Shown: piece after piece, positions 26,385 through 39,298 of the stretch | How positions within the stretch are numbered: the first letter of the stretch is position 1 | Layout of the letters: each line of letters begins with the position of its first letter | Assembly: GCA_951406725.2 (NCBI GenBank) | Contig: OX597820.1 | Coordinates: 100,006,001-100,070,000, forward strand | Length of the DNA: 64,000 bases | Source of the DNA: Octopus vulgaris | Taxonomy: Eukaryota | Direction of reading: 5' to 3' | Notes under the pieces: generated by a model | What the model saw: the letters and a program-made list of their open reading frames with translations, nothing else | Databases searched by the model: none | What the model was told of the DNA's origin: nothing | Translations under genes and position numbers: made by a program

Positions 26385-26729
26385 TAACGATTAAATAATT
26401 AAATTTAGAAAAATTAGAAGAAAAGTTTTTTTAAAAGAATATTTCTATAGTAGTGTTCAGATATAAGTAGCATTCTGCCTTTCTCTGACTCCCTTGTTTG
26501 CACTTGTGTGTTCGGGGTCGTTGTGAGTTCTTGGTAGGGTAGGTGAAGAATAAGGAGGCTGGTGTGGAGAGGGGGTGGGGAAATCTGGGAATGCCTTGAT
26601 GGTCGTATTTTGAATGGTCAGTGGCTGACAGTAGTCGCAGTTCAATTCAGGAATTGTTTATGGAATTTTACGTAGGCGTTATACTGAAAGACATTAGTGA
26701 CAAGGTTAAGGGGTGGAAGGTGGAGAAGT

Positions 26730-26990
26730 AGAAGAAGAAGAAGAAGAAGAAGAAGAAGAAGAAGAAGAAGAAGAAGAAGAAGAAGACGATGTTGATGATG
26801 ATGATGAAGAAGAAGAAGAAGAAGAAGAAGAAGAAGAAGAAGAAGAAGAAGAAGAAGAAGAAGAAGAAGAAGAAGAAGAAGAAGAAGAAGAAGGAGAAGG
26901 AGAAGATGATGGTGATGATGGTGGTGATGATGATGACGACGATGATGATGATAATGATGATGATGAAGAAGAAGAGGAAGAAGAAGAAGA
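26730..26990. repeat. (GAA)n/(GAT)n compound tract inside the Penelope 3' UTR (paralog at about 57360-57555)
   Basis: Direct inspection; it is the source of the poly-E/K/S ORFs. Confidence 0.95.
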
Positions 26991-29755
26991 AAAAAACAGA
27001 GAAGGGAGAATATGAATGGGTGAAAGTATAGCTGTGATGGGGCTGATTAGTAATGGATTCTATGGAGTGTAATATTTGTGTGTGTATATATTTCTTTTAT
27101 TCTAAAGTTGAGGTATATTAATTGTTTGTCGTAGACCCGTTAAGAAGTGGCTTGTATTTTGTAATAAAGAGATTTTCTTTACTTATTCGTTGTCTCGAGG
27201 TTGTATCGTCCCTAAATTGGTAGAGGGGGAAAATCCTGAAGTTTGGTGTTTTTTTGTTGGCGCAAGTATCTATGTGTTGGCTAAAAGCTATTTTTCTGTT
27301 TTGGGGAATTTTTATCTGGGATCTGTGCAGGGCCATTCGTTTACGCAAACCATTTTTTGTTTGGCCTATGTACTGCTCTTGACACCCGGAGCAGGTTAGT
27401 GAGTATATTAGGTTCTCCGAAGCACATGTGAAGTTGCTTTTCACTGTAAACCGTTGTCCCTGTTTGAAGGAGAACTCTGATCCCTCAATTAGATAGTCGC
27501 ATATCCCGCAATTGGGTCTTCCACATTTTTTTACTGTCGGCTTCTGTGTTGAAGAGTGAATTCGGGCTTGTGTTAGGAGACTTTTCATGGATCTAGGCTG
27601 TCTTTTGCTTTTTATGATCGTGTGTGTTTGGAGGATTGTGTTCATTCTGTGGTCTTTTTTTAGGAGGGTCTTTTTTTGTGGAGGATGGTGCCGAAGGCTT
27701 CGTTATTGAGAGGGTTGTGTGTGGAGATGTATGGTAAGGCTTTTGGTTGTAAGTTTTTCTTTGATTTGGGATGTCTTAGTTCCTTGATGTTAAGTTGAAG
27801 GGCACGTTGAATGCACTTGTCAATAGGTGAAGGTGGATAGTTCCTGGTGATAAGGGTATCTTTTAGTTCTTGTAGTCGTGTGTCTCTGGTGTTTGCGTTA
27901 GAGACTATAGTGCATATCCTTTTTGCTAGATTGAAGGGGATATTCATCCTGGTGTGTCTGGGGTGGCATGAATTGAATGGAAGATATTGCTTAGAGTCTG
28001 TAGGCTTATAGTATATGTCTGTTTCTATTATATTATTAGCTTTCTTAATGAGGATATCGAGGAAGGGGAGTTGTTGCTGGCTATATTCCATCGTGAATTG
28101 GATGTTTACGTCCAGTCCGTTTAAAATTTCCTGGAATTCTATGAGTTTTTCTATATTTTTATGCCAAAGGATGAAACAGTCATCTAGATATCTCTTCCAG
28201 TTGTTTTCTATGTAGATGGAGAAAGGGCTGCCATATCTTTCTAGAACCTTACGATACAGACTGATCTCTAGGTATCCTATGACTAGGTTGGCAAAGGAGG
28301 GGGCCATTCGTGTACCCATCGCAGTCCCCGATTTTTATCGGTAGAAGTTGTCATTGAAGGCGAAGAAGTTATTTTCCAGGATGAATTTAACCCCTTCTAT
28401 CACAAATTCTTTTTTGATGCAGTGTGGTAGTTCGTTGGTGTGATTCTCTAGCCAGAATTGGATTGCCTCTAGTCCTAGGTTGTGGGGGATATTGGAGTAG
28501 AGGTTGACTACATCGAAGGATACCAGTATGGTGTTTTTGTTTATAGTATTCGGTAGGTGATTGAGCATATCTAAGTCGTCCCTTATATAGCTTTTGACAT
28601 GTTTGAGGAGTGGTTTTAACAGGGTGTCTAAAAAGTTACTGAGGCGGTGGGTTTCGCATGCGGGACCTGCTATTATGGGTCTCAATTTGAGGTCATTAGG
28701 ATTAGGGACTTTAATTATTTTGTCTGTAGCTATCTTGCATGCGTTGCTTATTTTTTCACTTTTGTGGATCTTAGGTATACCGTAGAATTGGCTAGTTTTA
28801 CTTGTGAAATTGGTCATATAATCATATTCTTTGTCGGTGAGCCCTGCTTTGTATGGGTTTAATATGGATTTTAGTTCCCTCATTATTTTTTGTTGACTGT
28901 AGTTTTGTGCCTTTTCATAGTATGTTGTGTCTTCCAGCATAGAAAGTACCAAAGTTATGTAAAATGTCGTATCCATTAAGACAACAGCACTCCCTTTATC
29001 GGCCTCTTTGATTGTTATTGTTTTATCTTGTTTTAATTTGTTCAACTCAGCCCATTCTTTTTTGCTGAAGTTTGGTTTGTGTTTTTGTTTGTGCATATGT
29101 TGATATGGGTAATTAGATATGTGGTCACAGAAATCATCAAGTGTTTTGTTCTTACCTTTCGAGGGGGTGTAGTTACTCCTATTTCTGGCTAACGATTCGT
29201 CCTCGTTGTATTTATCGTATAGCTCCTCAGTAAGTCTTAATTTTCTGCAGAATTCTGCGATGTCTTCTTTCATTTCGTTGTAGTTGGGGTGTTGTGGGGT
29301 GGGTGTAAACTTGAGTCCTTTGGAAAGTATGTTTATTTGGTTTGCTGTTAGTTCCTTGTGAGTTAGATTGATAATTTTTATTACTTTTGGTTCCTCCTGC
29401 TTGTTTGGTGCTATCTTGTGTCTCTGTGTTTGCGTATTGGGTCTAAAAAATGAATGCGGTGGTTGGGACGGTAGCTATTATATAGTTGTTCTTTGTTGAT
29501 GTGGGGTCTCCTGTTGTGATTTATGGTGTGTGTTCTTGGAGCAGTATTGAGGAGAGCATCCCGATATCCCATATTCGGGTGTGGTGTTCTAGGAGGCCTT
29601 CGTTAGTAATCATTGTAAGTGGAGTGGGTTTGTTGTGCATGTTTCTAAATTTAATTATTTAATCGTTACAGTTGAAAAGGTCTCAAAATAACCGAAACCG
29701 GTACTGAAAGATTCACTATAAAATTATCTTAGCATTTTCTATTTTTGACTTGTTT

Positions 29756-29869
<114 letters not shown>

Positions 29870-29871
29870 GC

Positions 29872-29920
<49 letters not shown>

Positions 29921-29925
29921 CACAC

Positions 29926-30139
29926 ACGAGGGAGGGCTGAAAAGTTCCTGGCTTTAAGGGGGTTGCGAAAGGCCTGGTTGAAGGTCCACCATTCTGAATT
30001 CTTTTACAGGCTTAGAAAAACTGAAGGGCTGCTAAGTGTGTGAATCTGAGAGGGGAATATATTGAATAAAATTATAATTAATTGACCCTCCTGTATTTTC
30101 TATTACCTAAAGCCGGGAACTTTTCAGCACTTCTTTGTA
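29926..30139. mobile_element. Mariner-type MITE
   Basis: TIRs acgagggagggctgaaaagttcctggcttt and aaagccgggaacttttcagcacttctttgta. Confidence 0.75.
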
Positions 30140-30292
30140 TACCATCAAAGAATACATGAGTTAATGTCCCTCTTCGGCATTTCTCATTGAGGAAGTTAAA
30201 TATTGTAACAAACATATTTTAACGAACCTAAAGTTCTTTTATTCCTTGGCGCTAATGCTATTAAATAAATAAATAAATATATATATATTAAA

Positions 30293-31198
30293 CTAGTCTA
30301 CCCGTGACCCGTTAGGTCGCCGGGAGACTCCGAGTTTCCCATCAACGGACTTTTGTTTCCTGTTTTTTTTTCTTTTCCAGGTTATTTCATGCTTTCAACT
30401 AATGTGACATCTACGTGTAAACAGTCCTTTCCCCCTGGAAAGGAAAGATTTAGCTACTATTTCTTGCATGCCCTGCTACCAAATAACAGGTATTTCGGGT
30501 CCTTTACCGCAAATAGCTGTTACGTAGTAGCAGGGCGTGCTAGAAATGCACTCGTGGAATGCACTCGGAACAAACTTATGGAAACAAACTATTTGACTCT
30601 AAGGTTACGAACGGGTCTTTTACGAAATACTTAACGTATTTTTAAAGACATTTTCACTTTAGAATATTTTTGAAATATGCCAAAAAAATTGTTGTAATAG
30701 TATTCACTTCAGAATAACTTTTAAAAGCATTAAAATATTGTCTGTTTACAGAAAGCTAAAATATAATTACTTACTGTACAACTTGCATTTTTGAAATCAT
30801 CTTTACTTTAAAATATTTCTAAATGATTAAAATCTAGTGTTTAACAAAAGCGAAAATAGAAACACTTACTGTAAAAAAAATCCGTATTTTTTCGTTGTCA
30901 ACACACTGTGTCTAATAAAAAGATAAGAGTTTCTTCCATTTGAGGATGAAGATTATTTTCGGAATATTTTCCCTTTATGCACCGTTTGGGGTATTTATAC
31001 ACCATGAAAACCTCTAATATCTCTAAAACCACTTATCCAGTTTACGCGAAACTTGTTTAATTCCGTTCGTATTAACATTTCAGGCTAAACTTAATGAGAT
31101 GGCTAGTATACCTTACATTAATTCATAGTATTTTCCCATTATGCATAGTTTGGCTGAGTAACATTGCAAGCAAGTAAGATTCAATCTGACTCTTAGTA

Positions 31199-31205
<7 letters not shown>
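30293..31205 (-). mobile_element. Possible non-autonomous Helitron, family 3
   Basis: Minus strand ends in a GC-rich hairpin-like segment followed by CTAG|T at about 30293. The putative 5' end (tatactactaa) merges into a TA tract. Confidence 0.4.
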
Positions 31206-31251
<46 letters not shown>

Positions 31252-31659
31252 TATACATAAGTAAGTAATTATTTAAGTATCAGGTATGTTCCTAGTTGTT
31301 AGCCGATGAAGCATGTTCACTGCTTATGGCTGCCTGACGTCATCCACGGTATTTACACAAGGGTCGCTGAATCTACCTCAGAAATTCCTCTGTATTTGTT
31401 GAGTACATAGCAAATGGTAGAGACGGAAAATGGAACATACGAGATACTTTATTGATTACAACGTTCGTTTCGACCCAACCTCCATCGATTCCTCGCAGGT
31501 GGGATACTGCACAACTGGTTGTGGTACGTCATTCGATGCGGGAGTGTCTCATCGTGTGCTGTTATAAGGAGTATCCCATTAAAAAGACCCTCTTTCGCAC
31601 TGTTTTAATACAGCATGTTGTTAGTGACCGTAGGTTTAAGCCGTCGTGCAGGAAGCCCA

Positions 31660-32117
31660 AGCGTAGCTGCGTGGTAAGAAGCTTGCTTCCCAACCACATG
31701 GTTCCAGGTTCAGTCCGGCTGCGTGGCACCTTGGGCAAGTGCCTTCTACTATAGCCTCGCGCCTACCAAAGCCTGGTGAGTGAATTTGCTAGACGAGAAC
31801 TGAAAGAAGCCCATTGTGTGTGTGTGTGTGCGTGTAAGTATGGATGGATGGATGGATGGATGGATGGATGGATGGATGGATGGTTGGATGGATATGTGCG
31901 TGTCTTTATATCTGTGTTTGTCCCCCACCCAATCACTGCTTGACGAACGGTGCTGGTGTGCTTACGTCTCCGTAACTTAGCGATTCGGCATAACGGACCG
32001 ATAGAATAAGTACTAGGCTTAAGAAATAAGTACTGGTGTCGATTTGTTAGACTAAAACCCCTCAAGGTGGTGTTCTAGCATGGCCGCAGTGCAATAACTG
32101 AAACAAATACAAAAGAA
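31660..32117 (+). mobile_element. tRNA-derived SINE, major family
   Basis: Same head, central microsatellite and tail as 32446-32846. Confidence 0.85.
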
Positions 32118-32445
32118 ATAAAAAGGAAGAAGATTATAAAAAGAATTAAAGAAATAAACTTATTAAAATCTAATTATATCTTAACCTTCTTAACTGAACC
32201 AAATTATAAATGAATCATTAAAAAAATTGCGAATTTGCTTCCGATAAAGCTGTTACAATGCTAGCTATCATAAGTTATCTCCCTTATTACGAGACTGAAA
32301 TATAGTTTTGATTATTTGTAACGATATTATGCATGTCGATTTATTTTGTGATCTATTAGTTTGCTTGTTTGATTATCTATTTCGGATATCAGCCGTGATT
32401 AGATCACTAATGACGGCTAGTTAACCGAAAATTCGAAGTCACTGT

Positions 32446-32606
32446 CAGGAGTGGCTGTGTGGTAAGTAGCTTGTCTACCAACCACATGGTTCCGGGTTCA
32501 GTCCCACTGCGTGGCACCTTGGGCAAGTGTCTTCTACTATAGCCTCGGGCCGACCAAAGCCTTGTGAGTGGATTTGGTAGACAGAAACTGAAGGAAACCC
32601 GTCGTA

Positions 32607-32700
<94 letters not shown>

Positions 32701-32846
32701 CGCGTGTTTACGTCACTGTAATTTAGCTGTTCAGCAAAAGACCCTGATAGAATAAGTACCAGGCTTACAAAGAATAAGTCCAGGGGTAGATTTCGTCGGT
32801 TAAAAGGCGATGCTCCAGCATGGCCATAGTCAAATGACAAAAAAGA
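32446..32846 (+). mobile_element. tRNA-derived SINE, major family
   Basis: A box tggctgtgtggt, B box ggttcagtcc, central (GT)n and tail gcatggccatagtcaaatgac. Confidence 0.85.
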
Positions 32847-33356
32847 TATATTCTCTTATTCTTCCATTTGCTTCAGTCACTTAACTGTGGCCATTTGACT
32901 AAAAAATTTCATGGTGGTGCTCCAGCGTGGCCGAAGTCTATTACCTGAAGCAGATAATTCAAACATATACACACAGAGACACACACAAGTTTTGCGTAAA
33001 TATTTTTTATTTAAGCGTTTACTGTATGTTTCTTTTAACATTTATCAGATTTGATTATTTCTGTTTATTTTAGTATATTATACCCCTGTTATACTGTATT
33101 GGTAATGATCGATCAGATGTCTCCATCATATCGTGAAAAATCTGCTTTTTTTTATGGCTGTGTTTTTGTATGTACGTATGTATACTCTTTTACTCTTTTA
33201 TTTGTTTCAGTTATTTGACTGCGGCCATGCTGGAGCACCGCCTTTAGTCGAGCAAATCGACCCCGGGACTTATTCTTTGTAAGCCTAGTACTTGTTCTAT
33301 CGGTTTCTTTGGCCGAACCGCTAAGTTACGGTGACGTAAACACACCAGCATCGGTA

Positions 33357-33446
<90 letters not shown>

Positions 33447-33536
33447 AAGAAAAAGAAGAAGAAGAAGAAGAAGAAGAAGAAGAAGAAGAAGAAGAAGAAG
33501 AAGAAGAAGAAGAAGAAGAAGAAGAAGAAGAAGAAT

Positions 33537-33596
<60 letters not shown>
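33357..33596. repeat. (AAT)n-(AAG)n-(AAT)n compound microsatellite
   Basis: Direct inspection. Confidence 0.95.
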
Positions 33597-33597
<1 letters not shown>

Positions 33598-34164
33598 GCC
33601 TTGATGCAGTACCAGACAGTGGCTCTCATGGCTCCTGATCTTAACTGATTGGAAGTGTTATCATGTACCTTGTTTGTACCTTGTTTTGTCTTGGTATAAA
33701 AGATGGGCCACAGCAAATATTCTGCTCAACACCACAGATTTGCTTGTCAGTTGTTTGACCATAACCAGTTGACCATATCCCTTAGTGGCTGACGATATGT
33801 GCATCTCTGATCACAAGGTGAAGTAGTGGGGGGAGCATTGTAGCCGTGTGTTGAAAGGAATTCTTAAAAGTTTGGATAATTCCCCTTTGGAAACATGGGT
33901 GGTTCTTTCAACATCATTAAACAATCCTTATTCAGGTATCTTTTGAGCGAGATGGGCTACTCGACCAGAAGAAAATTTCTAACTGGGCCCCACCTGCAAG
34001 GTCATGCTCTGTTTATCTTCATATGAGATCACCATGTCGCGCACATATGGCTGTGATGCATGTGCATAGTGTACCCTTATCAGACGAGTAGTCATGACTG
34101 GTATACTGGGCTTCGTATATTTTACCCCAGTGTCACATTGATAGCATGCGCTGCTCTCTCACTC
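33597..34164. mobile_element. Independent, more diverged copy of the (AAT)n-flanked element
   Basis: Collinear with 14800-15354 but with different flanks. Confidence 0.8.
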
Positions 34165-34173
34165 AATAATAAC

Positions 34174-34259
<86 letters not shown>

Positions 34260-34269
34260 CAACAACAAA

Positions 34270-34308
<39 letters not shown>

Positions 34309-34309
34309 A

Positions 34310-34383
<74 letters not shown>

Positions 34384-34400
34384 AAACAACAACAACAACA
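34165..34400. repeat. (AAT)n-(AAC)n-(TAC)n-(AAC)n compound microsatellite
   Basis: Direct inspection. Confidence 0.95.
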
Positions 34401-35019
34401 TCGAATGAGAACCCAAGTTCGAAATTTTCCTAAGACACCTGATGAAACTGGAGGGTATATCAACCGAAATGTTCGGTCAACGACAAACAAGATGAGGATA
34501 AATATCCGTCAAATGTAAATAATCTAAATAATGTGCATTCTTAAGTGATGTTAAAGACCAAATTCAATCCTGTAGACCAAGATATGTGATGAAATATGTG
34601 AGGCAACGAAAGAGATCATGTGTAGTTGTTTGACATGTTAGAAATAGTAGTGAAATCACCCGCGAATTACATTTTAATGCTTAAAATAAAGAGGAAGTAT
34701 GCTTTGGATAATATAATTCTAAATGTGCAATACACAAGAAAAGATCTAGATTAACGTGGGTGTGAATATCTGATTTTTTACGTCTACTTAATGGACCCTG
34801 GTCTCGGTCTTAACAGCAGTAAAAATACATGCTTAGTGTATTCTTCTGTTTATTAATAAATAATTACGATGGTTAATTAAAGAGGGAATGATATTTCGGT
34901 GGAAAAATCTTTATAAAAAAACAATTAAAGACATGTGAATTAATTACAAAAAGTAAGAGAATTCTTACTAATACCCACATATTTTATGAATTGTATTTAT
35001 AAATTATATTCAAAAAAAC

Positions 35020-36173
35020 TTACATGAATGTCAAATTTTTAAATATATAATTGAGAACCTTTGGAAAATATTTTCTTTTTAAGTAAAGTACAAAACATAG
35101 GATTATTGCTATAATAATCAGCCACACACGAATATAAAATGTTTCGTCTGTATTATGTTCAATATACAAAATTTCTCCTTGGTTCTTGGCGCTGCGATTA
35201 GCCAAAATGGTTAAAAGTTTTTTTTCTATAGCTTCCACGTGATTCCTATTACTTCTCTTATCAGTTACTGCAAACATTAGGACACTTGACTCATAATCAG
35301 GTGAAGAAAATTTCTGAATAGGATTGTAAAATTCATAAAATTTATTTGAGTAAGGTAGCTCTATATTCAATTTTTCTGCTAAAAGTCCATTCCAAGCATC
35401 ATCAGGCATAAAAACATGGTTGTCCAATGCAGCAATATACAGTTTATTAATTAGAAAAATATGTGCCACATAACCCACGCCATTACAAAATCGGGGAAAG
35501 CGCTTTCCTTTGTAAAGAATATTCTGAGGAACGTGTTTCACTTCGTGAAAGAATTTTAAATTTCCTGGCCCTTCATGTCTGTAACAGGCTACAAAACGAT
35601 CTTTACGTGTTGATTGAAGCAACTGATGTTGGAGATAAGGCACCAATTTGTATTGATCTACAAAAAGTTCATCGTTCATGACCATGACATAATCAGCGTT
35701 ACCACAAAATTCTACACTCCATTTCCACGCCATTATTGTTTTTAATGAAACATTAGTGTAGGACTCCATAAAATCTTCCTGAATGATATCTCTATACTTA
35801 TTACTCTCGTTCTGAATTAAGGATTCTAATGTAGAATTTTTTGTTTTACCAAATATGAAAACATGTCTAACAATTATATTTTTTGAGTAAGGATCATGCG
35901 GAATATCCTGGAATATTTCTCTTAGTATTTCCCGACGACCAAAATTGGTGTGAAAGCTTCTAACAATATAGAGAAGTAAAAGTCGTTCATGCCTAGAACA
36001 GAGATCTGGTTCATTGATAAGTCTTTTGAAGTTGTGTTTGTAAGGTCGTGGTTTATCATAATACTCATCTGGAACATTTGAACGCTTCGGTTTTTTTCTA
36101 TAAGTCACTTTGGTATGTTTTAATATCGATGTTCTTTTATCGAAGTACGACTGTCCAAGAGCAAAACTTATAC
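35020..36173 (-). CDS. GT31-family glycosyltransferase-like protein (B3GALT/B3GNT-like), intact large terminal coding exon, copy B
   Basis: ORF 35020..36195 has the GT31 motifs LLLYIVRS..NFGRREILRE, VFIFG, YRDIIQEDFMESYTNVSLKT..WKWSVEFC, YVMVMNDELFVD, FPRFCNGVGYV and DDAWNG. An in-frame TAA lies directly upstream, the ATG at 36186 is not conserved in the paralogs, and a pyrimidine-rich AG acceptor sits at 36175-36174, so this is probably a spliced exon. Confidence 0.85.
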
Positions 36174-36409
36174 CTAAAAAGAACATAAACGCCAATTATG
36201 TATTGCAAAAATCTAAAAAATATATTATGTATTACAATTTATGCATTACAAAAATTTTTTAAAAGCATGAGTTCCAATTATATATTACAAAAATGTATAT
36301 CATTAGCGCAGAGAAAATCAGGTTATTCTTCATTTGTTTTCAATAGCACTGTTCAATCATCACATTGAACTATCTCAAATTATTTCAATTTTTTAGATGA
36401 CACTCTTAC

Positions 36410-36533
36410 ATAAATAACTACTATCAGTACTCGTGAAACTTCCTGAATTATTTTTAAAATTGTAACACAAAATTGTATATTTTTCTGAAATAATTGATTC
36501 TTGAGATGGTATAAAAATCCACATAGGTAGCAT
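36410..36533 (-). CDS. Candidate upstream coding exon of GT31 copy B (MLPMWIF...SSYL)
   Basis: ATG at 36533, then 41 codons plus 1 nt and a GTAAGA donor. The phase matches the acceptor at 36174, and the frame is also open in copies A and C. It encodes no obvious signal or anchor, so the model is tentative. Confidence 0.25.
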
Positions 36534-37618
36534 TGAAGACGCAGTCTCAAGAAACAACTTTTTTTGAAAGCTACATTCTTATGCTTAGTACTTTGTGAGT
36601 TATCTAATATTTTTCGCTTTATGCCAAGAAATAAACAATATAAACTATGGAACAAAGTTGAAGACATTATCTTCAATTATTATTCTGCTGCTGTACGTTG
36701 ATATGGATATGAATGGCTTAGTGGTTTGGGTGTGGCACTTACGAAGGCAACGCTGTGTTTTTGATTGATGGACTGGTGATGCGTTGTGTTCTTGAGCAAA
36801 ACACTTCATTTCACATTGTTCCAGTTCACTCAGCTAACAGAAATGAATAATTCTGCGACGGAGCGGTGTCCTGTCCAGGATGCGATGTATATGCCACAGA
36901 GTCCGAGAAACCGGATTCATGAGTCAATGGTTCGGGAAAGACTCTTGATCCTCCTTTTGGACAGTATATTTGTAAAGTTTCCACAAATCAGAATATGCTA
37001 TTTGGAAAAGAAAACTATAAAAACGATTGATCTTAAGCTTTCTTGTCTTTTCCTATTCCTAGTTTACATTGTATATCGTTGTCCCTATTTTATAAACAAG
37101 TATTCTTCGACTGAGCAAGCAAAATTTAATTACAATAAAACGCATGCATCAAAAGATAGGTGATATAAAATATTTTCAAAAACATTAAAAACTACATTTT
37201 TTGCTGTCCACCAACCACTGCTACCTCCATTAAGCAATATCCACCACTATCATCATTTAACGGCCGACCACCGGCACTATACTTATCACTAACAAGGTTC
37301 AATCTAAATTATTCGCCACTCAAGATCATACACACATACATACATATATAAATATATATATATTTTTTATTAAGCCACTTGGTGGTAAATGGATGTACTA
37401 TTAAATTATTATCCAATTTTCTCACCCTTATCGTTTTATATATATATCCCACTTGTGACAGATAATTTTTTCCCCGTTACTTAGCGGTTCGGCAAAAGAG
37501 AACGATAGAATAAGTACTGGGCTTACATAAGAATAAGTCCCAGGGTCGAGTTGCACGATTAAAAAGGCGGTGCTCCAGCATGGCCTCAGTCAAATGACTG
37601 AAACAAGCAAAAGAGAGA

Positions 37619-37672
<54 letters not shown>

Positions 37673-38325
37673 TGTGTCAGGAGAGATTCATTCTGTTTTA
37701 AATGCCTTGTTAATTAACACAGTCACCGGTTGGATTTCCACTCATTTACTTACTTATTTTTTCAATAGTGATTGACTGTGTCCGTTATTGGAGCTGAGTT
37801 CTTTTTGTATGTTTGTTTGTGTGCATGTATATGCGTCAGTTTTGCATGTGTATACACATATGTATGTATGTATGTATGTATATATACGTAGATATGTATG
37901 TATGTATTATGTATGTATGTGTTTGTGTATCCATATATATATATATATATATATGTATATGCTTGTGTACGTTTGTGTGTATGTATTCTGCATATTCATG
38001 TGTTTGTGTGTTCATGTTTGTATGTTTGTGTGTGTATGTGTGTGCGTGTGTGTGTGCGTATTCTTCTATTTTATTCCTTTATTCTTTTATTTTATTCCTT
38101 ATAAACTGTGAATTTTATTCCTTGTGAACTATAAATTTTCCCTGTCTAAAATATTCATACCTTGATAGATTACCCAGTGCACGGACATGGTTACCAACCA
38201 CTTGGGTTAACCCAGAAACGGCTGAAAGACTTCAAATTCATCTTACCTTAATTAAATTATTCTAAATGACTTGAGATTCTCGTTCTGCCTTGGTTTTTAT
38301 TTTCCTTCTAATATAATGAATGATA

Positions 38326-39253
38326 CTAGCTTAAGGTGACCCGCTCTACGCGCGGGAGATGTTTTGGTTGTTGGACCAATGTATTAATGTAGCATTAAGA
38401 ACGAAGAGCTCATTTACATTTAATTTATAAAATATGAATACTTATTTTTTGAAATTGACAGTTAAAGCATGGAAAAATGTGCTTTAAGTATAGCTTAGAA
38501 AAATGGAGAAAAGATAGCGAATGAGGGATTATGTTAATGATTTTAATTTTTTCAGTAAAGTAAAATGTTAAACAATAAATTTTAAAGATGGAAACTTATC
38601 ACCAGAAGGCAAGCGAATAGCCCGTATTAGAAATATTTTTCTTTTGGGTCAAAAGGCTATTTAGTAATCAAAAAGTTACCCGAGCATGTGCCTCCCTCTT
38701 TTGCAATTTCCTCACTCTAGCTCGGTGGTTTGATAAGTTGTAGCGCTTACGCATAGACATATCGAAAAGCAAATTTGAGAAATGAAATACTTGGAAACCT
38801 AAAGTTGATTTGGTTTAGAATGAGGAAACGAATAAAATAGTTAAGATGTAAATATTTCAAAACTGGAAAATTTTTAAATTTACAGAAAATTTTTATTAAC
38901 GACGGTCGGCTTGAGCACACAAATAAATTCTTTTTATCCACGCAAAAATAAATAATATCTGTTACCTTTCTGAAAGACCTGTGGTAGGAATATTTAAACT
39001 TTTGCGGCTGTCATTGAGAGACGCGTTGGAGAGGAAAGAGAGACGGCGGCGGTGCCAAACGTCGTTATAGAGTGAGAGAAAATGGAGAGAAGCGGAAAAG
39101 AGAGAGATCGAGGAAGAATAGGCGATATATGAAAGAGAGGACTGAAAAATGAAATATTTTGAAACCTAAAGATGATTTGTTTTAAGAGAAAGATTCTCAT
39201 GATTGTGTGGTGGTGGTGGCGATGATAATTCACTTTATGAATGTAGGAAACGT

Positions 39254-39298
<45 letters not shown>

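Noticed and set aside
26713-27031. Poly-Glu and poly-Lys ORFs
   Set aside because: They come from the (GAA)n tract in the Penelope 3' UTR.
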